Source: Mycobacteriales bacterium (GTDB taxonomy: Bacteria > Actinomycetota > Actinomycetes > BP-191). From it: a stretch of DNA of 64,000 bases. The notes under the pieces are model-generated. The model saw only the letters and a program-made list of their open reading frames with translations. It ran no database searches and was not told the DNA's origin. Location: NCBI GenBank assembly GCA_035536235.1, contig DATLOQ010000123.1:4132-68131 (forward strand). Direction: 5' to 3'. How positions within the stretch are numbered: position 1 is the stretch's first letter; the number at the start of each line of letters is the position of its first letter. Shown one piece after another: positions 40,615 through 50,688 of this stretch. The translations under genes were made by a program, and so were the position numbers.

Positions 40615-41778
40615 TCACAGGCCTAGCGCCTTGGCGATGACGACCTTCTGCACCTCGCTCGCACCTTCCACGACGCGGAGCATGCGCAGGTGCCGCAGCA
40701 CCTGTTCGATGGGGCCCTCCTTGAGCAGGCCCTGGCCGCCGAAGACCTGCAGGCACCGGTCGGCGACGGCGTACGCCCGCTCGGTGTTGTAGAGCTTGAC
40801 GATCGACGCGTCGAGCATCGGCATCTCGCCCTGGTCGCACTGCCAGGCCAGGTGGTAGGTCAGCCAGCGCATCGCCTCGATCTCGACCTTGGACTCCGCC
40901 AGCGGGAACGAGACGCCCTGGAACTTCGACAGCGGCTTGCCGAAGGCGGTCCGGGCGGTCGTGTGGGCGACCGCGGAGTCGAGGCACCACTGGGCCAGCC
41001 CGAGGCACTGGGCGCCGATGAATGCCCGACCCGCGTTGAGGAACCGCATGGCCGCGAAGAAGCCGAGCCCGACCTCGCCGATGACGTGGTCCGCGGGGAT
41101 GCGCGCGTCGTCGAAGCGCAGCTCGGACGGGTGCGCGTCGGAGATCGTGAGCTGCTTCTTGCCGACGGTGTACTGGTCCTTGGGCACGACGAAGGCGGTG
41201 ATCCCGCCGGCCGCCCGCTTGTCCTTGTCGGTCACCGCGAAGACGACGGCGAAGTCGGCCTTGTCGCCGTTGGTGATGTAGTGCTTGAGGCCGTTGAGGA
41301 CCCAGTGGTCCCCGTCGCGCACGGCCGAGGTGCGGATCGCCTGGGCATCCGAGCCGGCCTCGGGCTCGGTCAGCGCGAAGCACATCGACTGCTCGCCGCG
41401 CACAAGCGGGAGCAGGTAGACGGCCCACAGGTGCTCCGGGAGCTCGAGCAGCAGCGGCGTGGGGGCCTCGGGGTTGGGCGGTCCGACGGCGTAGTTCGCC
41501 AGGCGCAGCCCCGATCGTGCCGCGTCCTCGACGAGCAGGCTCATCCCCAGCGTGGACAGCCCCCAGCCGCCGACGGCCTCCGGCAGGTGGGCGGCGTAGA
41601 AGCCCTCCTGGCACGAGCGCGCCTTCACCGTGCGGGCCGCCTCGGCCAGCTCGAGCTCTCTGCCGGGGGTCCAGAAGGCCTCTTTCACCCGATCCTCGAC
41701 TGGGCGCACCTCCCGGTCGAGGAAAGCACCGAACGAGGCACGCAGGGCCGTCAGCTCGTCAGATACGGCGAAGTCCAT
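40615..41778 (-). CDS. Acyl-CoA dehydrogenase
   Basis: ACAD N-terminal, middle and C-terminal domains (CFALTEPEAGSDA, catalytic-base region VVEGASEVQ). Start at MDFAVSDEL. Confidence 0.85.
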   Translation of the reverse strand: MDFAVSDELTALRASFGAFLDREVRPVEDRVKEAFWTPGRELELAEAARTVKARSCQEGFYAAHLPEAVGGWGLSTLGMSLLVEDAARSGLRLANYAVGPPNPEAPTPLLLELPEHLWAVYLLPLVRGEQSMCFALTEPEAGSDAQAIRTSAVRDGDHWVLNGLKHYITNGDKADFAVVFAVTDKDKRAAGGITAFVVPKDQYTVGKKQLTISDAHPSELRFDDARIPADHVIGEVGLGFFAAMRFLNAGRAFIGAQCLGLAQWCLDSAVAHTTARTAFGKPLSKFQGVSFPLAESKVEIEAMRWLTYHLAWQCDQGEMPMLDASIVKLYNTERAYAVADRCLQVFGGQGLLKEGPIEQVLRHLRMLRVVEGASEVQKVVIAKALGL

Positions 41779-41835
41779 GCGCGGCACCGTATCGGCCGGG
41801 CAGGTGCGAGCCGACGTGCCGTCGAACCTCCCCTC

Positions 41836-43245
41836 ATGCGCAGACTCGCCGCCGTACTCGTCGTCGTACCTCTGGTCGTGGCCCTCCAGCCGGTGCTCGC
41901 CGGCCCGCGGTCTACGAAGCCGGCATTCACGAGCTATGAATCGCCGCCGCTGGAGGGTGCGAGTGCGGGCGAGCCGACGCTGGGCTACAACCCGGAGACC
42001 GGCGCGGTGATGTTCCAGGCGTTCCTGGAGACGCTGCGGGTGACCGACTTCGACAAGAAGGGCCGCGGTACGGCGACCTGGAAAGACGTCTCACCGGGCC
42101 TCGCCAACACCACGACACTCGACCCGATCATCGAGACTGACGTGGTGACCGGCCGGCACATCGTCAGCCACCTGACGCTGGCCTGCAGCCTCAGCGCCTA
42201 CAGCGACAACGACGGGGAGAGCTGGACCGAGGTGCCGCTGGGGTGCGGCGCCGGCGCCCTCTTCGACCACCAGACCGTCGGCACCGGGCCGTTCGTGAAG
42301 GGCGGCGTGCTGAGGCCCGCCGGGGCGTACCCGCGGGCGGTGTACTACTGCGCCCAGGACGTCACTCAGGCCAAGTGCTCGACCAGCCTCGACGGCGGTG
42401 CCACCTACCTGCCGGCGGTGACGGTGTACGCCGGCGGGCCGGGCAGCAACTGCAGCGGGCTGTTCGGTCACCTCAAGTCCGCCCCCGACGGCACCATCTA
42501 CCTGCCCCCCACGCAGTGCGACAAGGGCACGTCGTCGTTCGTGACCGGTCCGCTCAATCCCCTGGGTCGGCCGGGCCAAGCCACGGCGGTCAGCGAGAAC
42601 AACGGGCTCACCTGGGAGCTGCGCTACATCCCGGGCAGCGTCTCGGGCAACGCTGGTCACCCGTCGATGGCTGCGGCCTCCGACGGGACCGTCTACTACG
42701 CCTACGGCAGCCGCGAGGGCGGCGCGCGCACCGACGCCGGCGGCCCGCCGATGGCCGCGGTCAGCCGGGACAAGGGCAAGACCTGGACTCCGCCGACCCA
42801 GCTGGGCCGCGAGTTCGGCATCCGCAACACCAAGTTCGTGACGACGATCGCCGGCGACGGCGACCGGGCTGCGGTCGCCTTCCTCGGCACACCGACGGCG
42901 GGCGACGACCAGCTCAACACGTTCGACGGCGTATGGCGGCTCTACACCGCCTTCACCTACGACGGCGGCCGCACCTGGAAGACCGTCAACGCGACGCCGG
43001 GCAGCCCCATCCAGGTCGGCTCGATCTGCACCTCGGGTGTGCTCTGCATGGGCAACACCCGCAACCTGCTCGACTTCAACGACGTGATCATCGACGGCCA
43101 GGGCCGGGTGCTCGCCGCCGTCGCCGACGGCTGCCTCGACGTCGAGTGCACCCGCAACGAGCGGGCCGATCGGGCGCTCATCGTCCGCCAGACCGCCGGC
43201 CGCGGGCTGCTGAAGAAGTTCGACAAGGAGCTCGCCCGCCGCTAG
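41836..43245 (+). CDS. Secreted BNR/Asp-box repeat protein (sialidase-like beta-propeller)
   Basis: Signal peptide MRRLAAVLVVVPLVVALQPVLA. Five SxDxGxTW-type boxes (SDNDGESWT, SLDGGATY, SENNGLTWE, SRDKGKTWT, TYDGGRTWK). Only the 3' 470 codons of ORF 40690..43245 are real. Confidence 0.7.
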   Translation: MRRLAAVLVVVPLVVALQPVLAGPRSTKPAFTSYESPPLEGASAGEPTLGYNPETGAVMFQAFLETLRVTDFDKKGRGTATWKDVSPGLANTTTLDPIIETDVVTGRHIVSHLTLACSLSAYSDNDGESWTEVPLGCGAGALFDHQTVGTGPFVKGGVLRPAGAYPRAVYYCAQDVTQAKCSTSLDGGATYLPAVTVYAGGPGSNCSGLFGHLKSAPDGTIYLPPTQCDKGTSSFVTGPLNPLGRPGQATAVSENNGLTWELRYIPGSVSGNAGHPSMAAASDGTVYYAYGSREGGARTDAGGPPMAAVSRDKGKTWTPPTQLGREFGIRNTKFVTTIAGDGDRAAVAFLGTPTAGDDQLNTFDGVWRLYTAFTYDGGRTWKTVNATPGSPIQVGSICTSGVLCMGNTRNLLDFNDVIIDGQGRVLAAVADGCLDVECTRNERADRALIVRQTAGRGLLKKFDKELARR

Positions 43246-43250
43246 GCGGC

Positions 43251-44816
43251 TCAGGCCGGGGCGCGGCCGAGGTCGGCGAGGATCCGCTGGGCCGCGTTGT
43301 GGCCAGCGGCGCCGATGACAGATCCGGCCGGGTGGCAGCCAGCGCTGCCGGCGTAGAGGCCCGGGATCCCCGCGGCGTAGGGCATCCGGTCGCTGAAGGC
43401 CACGGTGTTGTCGATGTGGTGGATGTGCCCACCGGTGATGCCGAAGTGCGACTCGATGGCGGGCGGCGGCAGAGCGAAGGTGTCGACCACGAGGTCGCTG
43501 GCGCCGGGCGCGAAGCGGTCGCACAGCGACAGCAGGTGGTCGACGTACGCCGGGAGCGCTGCGTCCCACGTCGTACCGCTGGGCTGGTAGGGCACGCTCT
43601 GCACGAACAGCGCGGACGTGTGCCGGCCCTCCTCATCGCGCAGCGACGGGTCCGCGGTGGAGTGGACGTACCACTCGATGGTCGGGAAGTCCGGCAGCCG
43701 GCCTGCCACGACGTCGCTCCACATCGTGCGGACCGCGCCTATGACGTCGTCGACCTGCGGCAGCAGGTGAATGGTGGCGCTGTGCTGGCCGCGCTCCTCG
43801 GGAAGGCTGGTGAAGGCTGGCAGGCCGCGGAGAGCCAGGTTCACCTTCAAGGTGGCGCCGGGACGTCGGGCCCGGTCGAGCAGTGCGTCCGTGGCGGGGC
43901 CGAGGGAACCGCCGGCGAGCGCGCGGAGGCGGAAGGGGTCGCAGGCGCCGAGCACGACGGTCGTAGCGATTGCCCGACCGTCAGCGAGCACCACACCGTC
44001 GACCGCGCCGTTCGAGGTGGTCACTCCGACAGCCGGCGCTGACGTCTGGATGTGTACGCCGGCAGCACGCGCCGAGTCGGCGAAGGCGGAGGTGACCGTG
44101 CCCATCCCGCCGCGCACGATCATCCAGGTGCCGTCGGACGACGGAAGCCGGCACATGTTGTGCACCAGGAAGTTGTGCCCGGTGCCGGGTGTGTCCGGGC
44201 CCGCGGCCAGGCCGGACAAGCCGTCCGTGACGGCGTACATCGCGACGATGAGGTCGCTGGTGAAGCCGAAGCGGCCCAGGTAGTCGGCCACCGACCCGCG
44301 ACACAAGTCGACGAAGACGTCACGCAGCGCCGGCCGGACGAAGCGCTCAGCGGTGTCCTCCAGGGTGAGCGGCTCGGTCAGCCAGGCGGGCGCTAGGTCG
44401 CACCGCAGCCCGTCGAGCTCGCGCTGAAGGGCGACGTCCGCGGCCCAGTCACCCGGGGAGAAGAAGCTCTCGAACTGCGCTTGCAGCGAAGCGCGGTCGG
44501 ACCCGAAGAGCAGATGCTCGGGACCGAACGTCGGCAGGAAGTAGTGCGGATCCCGACGCAGCAGCGGCAGCTCGACGTCCAGAAGGCGCAGCAGCTCTGG
44601 CGGCATGAGGCCCAGCAGGTACGCGCCGGTGGACGCCTGCAGCGACGGCGCACGACGGAAGGGCCGCTCGGTCCGGCAGGCGCCGCCGATGACCCCGGAC
44701 GCTTCGAGCACCACGACGGACAGGCCGGCGCGGCCGAGCAGGGTCGCTGCGACCAGGCCGTTGTGCCCCGCGCCGACAATGACCACATCAGCACGGGCGG
44801 GCAGTGTGTCGCTCAT
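43251..44816 (-). CDS. Phytoene desaturase-family NAD(P)/FAD-dependent oxidoreductase (CrtI-like)
   Basis: Dinucleotide motif VVIVGAGHNGLVAA and the CrtI-family C-terminal region. Start at MSDTLPAR. Confidence 0.75.
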   Translation of the reverse strand: MSDTLPARADVVIVGAGHNGLVAATLLGRAGLSVVVLEASGVIGGACRTERPFRRAPSLQASTGAYLLGLMPPELLRLLDVELPLLRRDPHYFLPTFGPEHLLFGSDRASLQAQFESFFSPGDWAADVALQRELDGLRCDLAPAWLTEPLTLEDTAERFVRPALRDVFVDLCRGSVADYLGRFGFTSDLIVAMYAVTDGLSGLAAGPDTPGTGHNFLVHNMCRLPSSDGTWMIVRGGMGTVTSAFADSARAAGVHIQTSAPAVGVTTSNGAVDGVVLADGRAIATTVVLGACDPFRLRALAGGSLGPATDALLDRARRPGATLKVNLALRGLPAFTSLPEERGQHSATIHLLPQVDDVIGAVRTMWSDVVAGRLPDFPTIEWYVHSTADPSLRDEEGRHTSALFVQSVPYQPSGTTWDAALPAYVDHLLSLCDRFAPGASDLVVDTFALPPPAIESHFGITGGHIHHIDNTVAFSDRMPYAAGIPGLYAGSAGCHPAGSVIGAAGHNAAQRILADLGRAPA

Positions 44817-44938
44817 CGTCTGTTCTCCCGTCGTGAGGTCAGGCGATCCTCCTTCGTCCGCGATTCGCCCCACGGGCTGCTTGCCCGCCGGCCGCCACGC
44901 GGTCGGCCCAGGTGGTGATCTCGTCAGCCACCTGCTCA

Positions 44939-45481
44939 TCAGAAAGTGGGTCGAAGTTCCTCATGACGAGACGTTACAGATCCACTGGGCGGGAGCGACG
45001 CCAGCTCGTAATGGACGATCTGATCGCCGAGGTCGTCGGCCTTCTCGCGGCCACTTCGCACGAAACCCGAACCTTCGTAAAGCCGTTGGGCTCGCGTGTT
45101 GTCCGCGTGGGTCCACAGCTGAGCTCTGTGGTAGCCGCGGCGGCCCGCCTGCTCGACGACCCCGGCGACGAGCAGCTTTCCGATGCCCCGGCCCCAGTGG
45201 TCGGGGTGGACGAAGACCAGCGACACGTGGCAGAGGCCCGGGACGGGCGGCCCGGCACCGTCGTCGGCCTTCCCCTGCATGCCGAGCGATATCCCCGTGA
45301 GCTCGCCGTCGGCCTCGGCCACGACGAGAAATGCGTCCGACTTGTCGAGGTAGCCTCGCACCCGCTCCTCGTCGATATCGGGCATCGGCGCTCCGCCGCG
45401 CCGCGCGAGGTTCGAGTGGCGCCAGACGCTCACCGCCGCGTCGGAGTCGGCGGGTTCCCCAGGTCGGATCGACATCGGCAC
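44939..45481 (-). CDS. GNAT-family N-acetyltransferase
   Basis: Motif A (GRGIGKLLV). 180 aa. Confidence 0.65.
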   Translation of the reverse strand: MPMSIRPGEPADSDAAVSVWRHSNLARRGGAPMPDIDEERVRGYLDKSDAFLVVAEADGELTGISLGMQGKADDGAGPPVPGLCHVSLVFVHPDHWGRGIGKLLVAGVVEQAGRRGYHRAQLWTHADNTRAQRLYEGSGFVRSGREKADDLGDQIVHYELASLPPSGSVTSRHEELRPTF

Positions 45482-45664
45482 GACGGCATCATCCCGGGTC
45501 GACCAAACCGGGTCGACCCGATGACGCGCCAGCTACGCCGACTGGACTGGCGGGAAGTTCACTGACGAGTCTCGATCACACGTGTCTGTGTACCGGCGGC
45601 CATCAGCAGCCTCGTCGTAGCAGCGTCTCCATCAGCCCGGGTGCTGGAGAAGTCACCCGTCCGT

Positions 45665-46459
45665 CTATGTGCCGCTGCCGAGCGCGAGCAGCCAAGGCGG
45701 CTGGATGGTGACCAGCGCTCCCCATCCGAGCAACGCGACGCCGACTGGCGCGACGATCCGGTCGCCGCGGGGGACCGCCTTCTCCACCACCATCACGGCG
45801 GTGAGGGCGGCCATCCCCCACAAGTTGGCGACGCCGGCAGCGAAGCCGACCAGCATCAGCGCCCAGCAGCAGCCGAGGCAGTACAGCCCGTGCTCCCGTC
45901 CCAGCCGGAAGGCAGCCCTGGGTCCTCGCCGGTAGCGGGGAAGCAGGAACGCCGCGGGGTGACGGCATTGCTTCAGGCACGCCTGCTTGACGTCGGAGAA
46001 CTGGAAAGCGCCAGCCAGCATGAGGGTAGGTCCCGTGATCAGCCAAGGGTGTTGGTCCAGCCACGCGGCTGCGTGGACGACGCGGTGAATTCCGATATCA
46101 CCGAGGAAGGCCACCGCGCCGAATGCAGACCACACGGCCGCGTAGCCGGCGATGAAGGCGACTTTCACGGAAGCGGCATGTGGCTGGTCCCGGGCGGTCA
46201 GGAAGAACAGGCGCACGAGCGGCAGGCTCGACGGCAGCATCATGGACGCGGTCATGGTCTGCCAGGCCAGCAGGAAGAGCGGCAGGGCGACCCACGGCGG
46301 GAGCGAGCCCTCGATCAGCGGGTCGTGATGGAACCGCGGTGCAGCCCCGGTGCTCGTCGCGACGATCGCCACGCCCCACGAGGCCGCGATGGCAACGACG
46401 ACAGGCACGAGGCCGCCGACTCGTCGCGGTCGGACGGCCGCGACGACCGAGTCGGTCAT
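45665..46459 (-). CDS. DUF2182-family predicted metal-binding integral membrane protein
   Basis: 264 aa, multi-TM, with conserved Cys/His/Met positions (CLKQCRHP, CLGCCWALM). Confidence 0.6.
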   Translation of the reverse strand: MTDSVVAAVRPRRVGGLVPVVVAIAASWGVAIVATSTGAAPRFHHDPLIEGSLPPWVALPLFLLAWQTMTASMMLPSSLPLVRLFFLTARDQPHAASVKVAFIAGYAAVWSAFGAVAFLGDIGIHRVVHAAAWLDQHPWLITGPTLMLAGAFQFSDVKQACLKQCRHPAAFLLPRYRRGPRAAFRLGREHGLYCLGCCWALMLVGFAAGVANLWGMAALTAVMVVEKAVPRGDRIVAPVGVALLGWGALVTIQPPWLLALGSGT

Positions 46460-46462
46460 GTC

Positions 46463-47092
46463 TTAGCCGGCGAACTCGATCTGGTAGTCGGCCTGGATTG
46501 CGTTCGTTCCCTCGTACGACCACTCCATACCGTACTGGGGGAGGGTCACGATGAGCTTCGAGGCTTTGCCGACCCACGCCGGCGACCCTGGAACGGTCGA
46601 GAACAGTGAATCCCGTAAGGTGGTGACCGTGCCGTCGGCACCCCGGTAGGGCGCCATCTCGGCGTCAAGCACACCGTCGATCCTCAAGGTGCCGTTGCCC
46701 TCGGAAAGCTGGTGCACGATCTCCGCGCTCTCGACAGCGACAACCTCCCCGATCAGTCCGGCCAAGTCCGCAATCGGGCCGCCCAGCTCCCCTTTGTACA
46801 GCCGCACGATCGCGTCCTTCTGAGCTTCGTCGGCGCTGGCATCGACGTACATCACCAGCCGCCAGCTGTTTGGCGTGAGCACGTTGCCGGGGATGTGCAC
46901 GATGTTGACGAGGTTCAGGCCAGAGACATCGACCCCGCCGATGTCTCCGCTGTCGAAGTGATAGGCGTTGGCCGCCCAGCACTCGCCGAGGTCGGGATCC
47001 TCACCGATCCAGCAGGGGCAGAGGACCCCGCAGGAGCAGGCCTCCAGCAGTGTCCCCTTCAGCCGGTAGCCGGTCATCGTGGCCGTCGTCAT
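46463..47092 (-). CDS. DUF1326-family protein (partner of DUF2182)
   Basis: N-terminal Cys cluster CSCGVLCPCW. About 209 aa. Only the 3' end of the 765-aa ORF 46463..48760 is real. Confidence 0.6.
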   Translation of the reverse strand: MTTATMTGYRLKGTLLEACSCGVLCPCWIGEDPDLGECWAANAYHFDSGDIGGVDVSGLNLVNIVHIPGNVLTPNSWRLVMYVDASADEAQKDAIVRLYKGELGGPIADLAGLIGEVVAVESAEIVHQLSEGNGTLRIDGVLDAEMAPYRGADGTVTTLRDSLFSTVPGSPAWVGKASKLIVTLPQYGMEWSYEGTNAIQADYQIEFAG

Positions 47093-47175
47093 GATTGCCC
47101 CCTCGCCCCCGACGCGGAACCGCCCCAGATGCGTTGCCGCGACCGTAGACGCGCCTCCCTGGGCCGTCAAGGGTG

Positions 47176-47250
47176 TGGTGCCCCCGGCAGGATTCGAACC
47201 TGCGCTTCTTCCTCCGGAGGGAAGCACTCTATCCCCTGAGCTACGGGGGC
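47176..47250 (-). tRNA. tRNA-Arg (anticodon CCG)
   Basis: Reverse complement folds as a cloverleaf: acceptor GCCCCCG/CGGGGGC, anticodon stem CTTCC/GGAAG with loop CTCCGGA, T-arm GCAGG-TTCGAAT-CCTGC, and an encoded CCA. Confidence 0.85.
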
Positions 47251-47293
47251 TCGGGTGCCCGCACGATACCGCACGCGGCGGTAGCCTCGGCGG

Positions 47294-47668
47294 GTGCCCA
47301 CCCGTGTGCTCGTCGTCGAGGACGACGCCGTCATCCGCCAGTTGGTGAGCGTCAACTTGGAGCTCGAGGGCTTCGAGGTGTTCACCGCCGAGGATGGGCA
47401 AGACGCACTCGACAAGGTGGTCGAGGTGGACCCGGTCGTCATCACCCTGGACATCATGATGCCGCGACTCGACGGCTGGGAGACGGCGGCCCGGCTGCGG
47501 GAGGACCCGCGGACCTCCCACATCAAAGTGGTGCTCCTCAGTGCCCGCGCCCAGGAGGCGGACCTGCGCCGCGGCAAGGGACTCGGCGTCGACGCCTACC
47601 TCACCAAGCCGTTCGACCCGGACGAGCTCATCGAGATCGTACGGCGGCTCGCGGGCGAAACTGCCTGA
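47294..47668 (+). CDS. Stand-alone response regulator receiver domain (CheY-like)
   Basis: 124 aa. Phospho-acceptor Asp in VITLDIMMP, plus T/K residues (LLSA, KPF). Confidence 0.8.
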   Translation: MPTRVLVVEDDAVIRQLVSVNLELEGFEVFTAEDGQDALDKVVEVDPVVITLDIMMPRLDGWETAARLREDPRTSHIKVVLLSARAQEADLRRGKGLGVDAYLTKPFDPDELIEIVRRLAGETA

Positions 47669-47701
47669 CGACTGCTCGATCTCCCACTGTAGCCTCGCCG
47701 C

Positions 47702-49354
47702 ATGACCCCGTCGGAGCTCGCAGAGAGCGTGCGCGCCGCCGTGCGCGACGCAGTGGGCGCCGGCGAGCTCACGGTGGCGGTGCCCGACAGCGTCGTCATC
47801 GAGCGGCCGAAGGTGCGCGACCACGGCGACTACGCGACCAACGTCGCCCTCCAGCTCGCCAAGGCCGCCGGACGGTCGCCGCGCGATGTCGCAGAGGTCG
47901 TCGCTAGCCGGTTGCGGACCGACCCCGGCATCGAGAGCGTGGCGGTGGCCGGTCCCGGCTTCCTCAACATGCGCTTGGCCGGCGCAGCGCTCGGCGAGGT
48001 GGCCCGGCAGATTCTCGCCGCGGGTGCGGCGTACGGCAGCAACGACCGGGCCGCTGGCCAGCACATCAACCTGGAGTTCGTCAGCGCCAACCCGACCGGC
48101 CCGATCCACATCGGCAGCACGCGTTGGGCCGCGGTGGGGGACTCCCTGGCCCGGCTCCTCGAAGCCAGCGGCGCCACGGTCGCCCGTGAGTACTACTTCA
48201 ACGACCACGGCGCCCAGATCGACCGGTTCGCCCAGTCGCTGCTCGCGGCCGCTCGGGGAGACGCGCCGCCGGAGGACGGGTACGGCGGCGCGTACATCGC
48301 CGACATCGCGGCCCGCGTCCTGGAGCTGGTGCCGGACGCTCTCGACCAGGCCGACCCGCAGGAGGTCTTCCGCGCCAACGGCGTCCAGCTGATGTTCGAC
48401 GAGATCAAGGAGTCGCTGCACGACTTCGGCGTCGACTTCGACGTCTACTTCCACGAGAACCACCTGCACGAGAGCGGCGCCGTGGAGCGCGCGGTCGATC
48501 GACTGCGGGCGATGGGCCACCTGTACGAGAAGGACGACGCCCTCTGGCTGCGGTCCTCCGACTTCGGCGACGACAAGGACCGGGTCGTCATCAAGAGCGA
48601 CGGCGTGCCGGCGTACATCTCCGGTGACCTCGCCTACTACCTGGACAAGCGGGAGCGCGGGTTCGACCGCGTCGTGATCATGCTCGGCGCTGACCACCAC
48701 GGCTACATCGGTCGGTTGATGGCCATGTGCGCCGCTTTCGGTGACACGCCGGGTGTTCACCTCGAGATCCTCATCGGCCAGCTGGTCAACCTCGTCCGCG
48801 ATGGTCAGCCGCTGAAGATGAGCAAGCGGGCCGGCACGGTGATCACCCTGGTCGACCTGGTCGAGGCGATCGGGGTCGACGCAGCGCGTTATGCACTGGC
48901 GCGGTCCAGCGCCGACTCGGTTCTCGACATCGACCTCGACGTGTGGTCGCGGCAGAGCAGCGACAACCCCGTCTACTACGTGCAGTACGCCGCGACGCGC
49001 GCCGCGTCCGTCCTGCGCAATGCGGGCGAGCTCGGTCTGGCCGTCGACCCCGCTGCCGACGTATCGCTGCTCACCGACCCGCGGGAGACGGCCCTGCTGC
49101 TAGCCCTCGCCGAGCTGCCGCAGGTCGTGGCGACCGCGGCGGAGCTGCGCGAGCCGCACCGGGTGGCGCGCTACCTGGAGGAGAAGGTCGCCCGGTCGGC
49201 GCAGCGGTACTGGGACGAGTGCCAGGTGCTGCCGAAAGGGGACGAGGAAGTCCTCGCCACCACCGCACCGCGGCTGCTTCTGTGGCAGGCGACCCGCATC
49301 GTGCTCGAGAACGGCCTGAGCCTGCTCGGGGTCATCGCCCCGGAGCGGATGTGA
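47702..49354 (+). CDS. argS: Arginine--tRNA ligase
   Basis: 550 aa. HIGH-like [16 protein letters not shown] motif, and the C-terminal DALR anticodon-binding domain. Confidence 0.9.
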   Translation: MTPSELAESVRAAVRDAVGAGELTVAVPDSVVIERPKVRDHGDYATNVALQLAKAAGRSPRDVAEVVASRLRTDPGIESVAVAGPGFLNMRLAGAALGEVARQILAAGAAYGSNDRAAGQHINLEFVSANPTGPIHIGSTRWAAVGDSLARLLEASGATVAREYYFNDHGAQIDRFAQSLLAAARGDAPPEDGYGGAYIADIAARVLELVPDALDQADPQEVFRANGVQLMFDEIKESLHDFGVDFDVYFHENHLHESGAVERAVDRLRAMGHLYEKDDALWLRSSDFGDDKDRVVIKSDGVPAYISGDLAYYLDKRERGFDRVVIMLGADHHGYIGRLMAMCAAFGDTPGVHLEILIGQLVNLVRDGQPLKMSKRAGTVITLVDLVEAIGVDAARYALARSSADSVLDIDLDVWSRQSSDNPVYYVQYAATRAASVLRNAGELGLAVDPAADVSLLTDPRETALLLALAELPQVVATAAELREPHRVARYLEEKVARSAQRYWDECQVLPKGDEEVLATTAPRLLLWQATRIVLENGLSLLGVIAPERM

Positions 49355-50688
49355 CGGGGCGCCACTCCAGTGCTGACCTCGCGCCGTCGGTCTGGCCCTG
49401 CACCGCTGCGCGCAACGGTGATGGCGCACTGGAGATCGGCGGGCTCGACGTCCGGCGGCTGGTGCAGGACTACGGGACACCGCTGCTCGTGCTCGACGAG
49501 GAGGACCTCCGCCAGCGGTGCCGGTCCTGGCGTGCGGCGTTCGACGGGTGGCCGGCCGGCGCGGACGTCGCCTACGCCGGCAAGGCGCTGCTGACCAAGG
49601 GCGTCGTCACGATCATCGGCGAGGAGGGTCTGGGCCTCGACGTCTGCACCGGCGGGGAGCTGGCCGTCGCGCTAGCGGCTGGCTTTCCTCCTGAGCGCAT
49701 CTGGTTCCACGGCAACAACAAGTCGCTGCCCGAGCTGACCCGCGCAGTCGGCGCGGGTGTGCGGACGGTCGTCATCGACTCGTTCGAGGAGGTCCACCGG
49801 CTGGCTGCAGTCGCGGCGGAAGCCGGCACGCGACAGCGGGTCTACGTCCGAGTCACGCCGGGTGTCGAAGCCCACACCCACGAGTACGTGCAGACCGGCC
49901 AGGAGGACCAGAAGTTCGGCTTCTCCCTGGCCTCCGGCGCGGCGATGGAGGCCTGCCAGCAGGTGATCGGCGAGGCCGCCCTGGAGCTGGTCGGGCTGCA
50001 CTGCCACATCGGCTCGCACATCTTCGACACCCATGGGTTCTCCCTGGCCGCGCATCGCATGGTCGAGCTGCTCGCGGCGATCAGGGCGGAGTGCGGCCTG
50101 GAGCTGCCCGAGCTCGATCTCGGCGGTGGCCACGGCATCGCCTACACCGCTGCCGACGACCCGATGAGCGCCGCAGACCACGCGACCGGTCTACGGGCGA
50201 TCGTCGAACGCGAGTGCGGGGCGGTCGGGCTGGCGATACCGCGGGTCGTGGTCGAGCCCGGCCGCGCTGTTGTCGGTCCGACCACGATCACGGTCTATGA
50301 AGTGGGGACGGTGAAGGTCTTACCCGGGCTGCGCACCTACGTCAGCGTCGACGGAGGCATGAGCGACAACATCCGCACGGCCCTGTACGACGCCCGTTAC
50401 ACCGCAGTGCTCGCATCCCGTCAGTCGAGTGCGGAGCCGCGCAACGTCACGATCTGCGGCAAGCACTGCGAGAGCGGCGACATCGTGGTCCACGACGTGG
50501 CACTCCCGGGCGATCTGGCACCCGGTGATCTCGTCGCCGTGCCCGCTTCGGGCGCTTACCATCGCTCGATGGCGAGCAACTACAACCACGTGCCACGCCC
50601 GCCCATCATCGCCGTCCGGGCCGGGACATCCCGCGTGCTGATCCGCCGCGAGACCGAGGACGACCTGCTCGCCCTGGATGTTGGATGA
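49351..50688 (+). CDS. lysA: Diaminopimelate decarboxylase
   Basis: PLP fold-III decarboxylase with the conserved GGG and EPGR motifs ([19 protein letters not shown]). GTG start overlaps the argS stop. Confidence 0.85.
   Translation: MTGRHSSADLAPSVWPCTAARNGDGALEIGGLDVRRLVQDYGTPLLVLDEEDLRQRCRSWRAAFDGWPAGADVAYAGKALLTKGVVTIIGEEGLGLDVCTGGELAVALAAGFPPERIWFHGNNKSLPELTRAVGAGVRTVVIDSFEEVHRLAAVAAEAGTRQRVYVRVTPGVEAHTHEYVQTGQEDQKFGFSLASGAAMEACQQVIGEAALELVGLHCHIGSHIFDTHGFSLAAHRMVELLAAIRAECGLELPELDLGGGHGIAYTAADDPMSAADHATGLRAIVERECGAVGLAIPRVVVEPGRAVVGPTTITVYEVGTVKVLPGLRTYVSVDGGMSDNIRTALYDARYTAVLASRQSSAEPRNVTICGKHCESGDIVVHDVALPGDLAPGDLVAVPASGAYHRSMASNYNHVPRPPIIAVRAGTSRVLIRRETEDDLLALDVG

Noticed and set aside
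40690-43245. 851-aa plus-strand ORF
   Set aside because: The first ~380 codons are antisense to the acyl-CoA dehydrogenase. The real BNR-repeat protein begins at the Met with a signal peptide (41836).
46463-48760. 765-aa minus-strand ORF
   Set aside because: Most of it is antisense to argS and the response regulator, and it runs across the tRNA-Arg gene. Only the DUF1326 portion (46463..47092) is kept.
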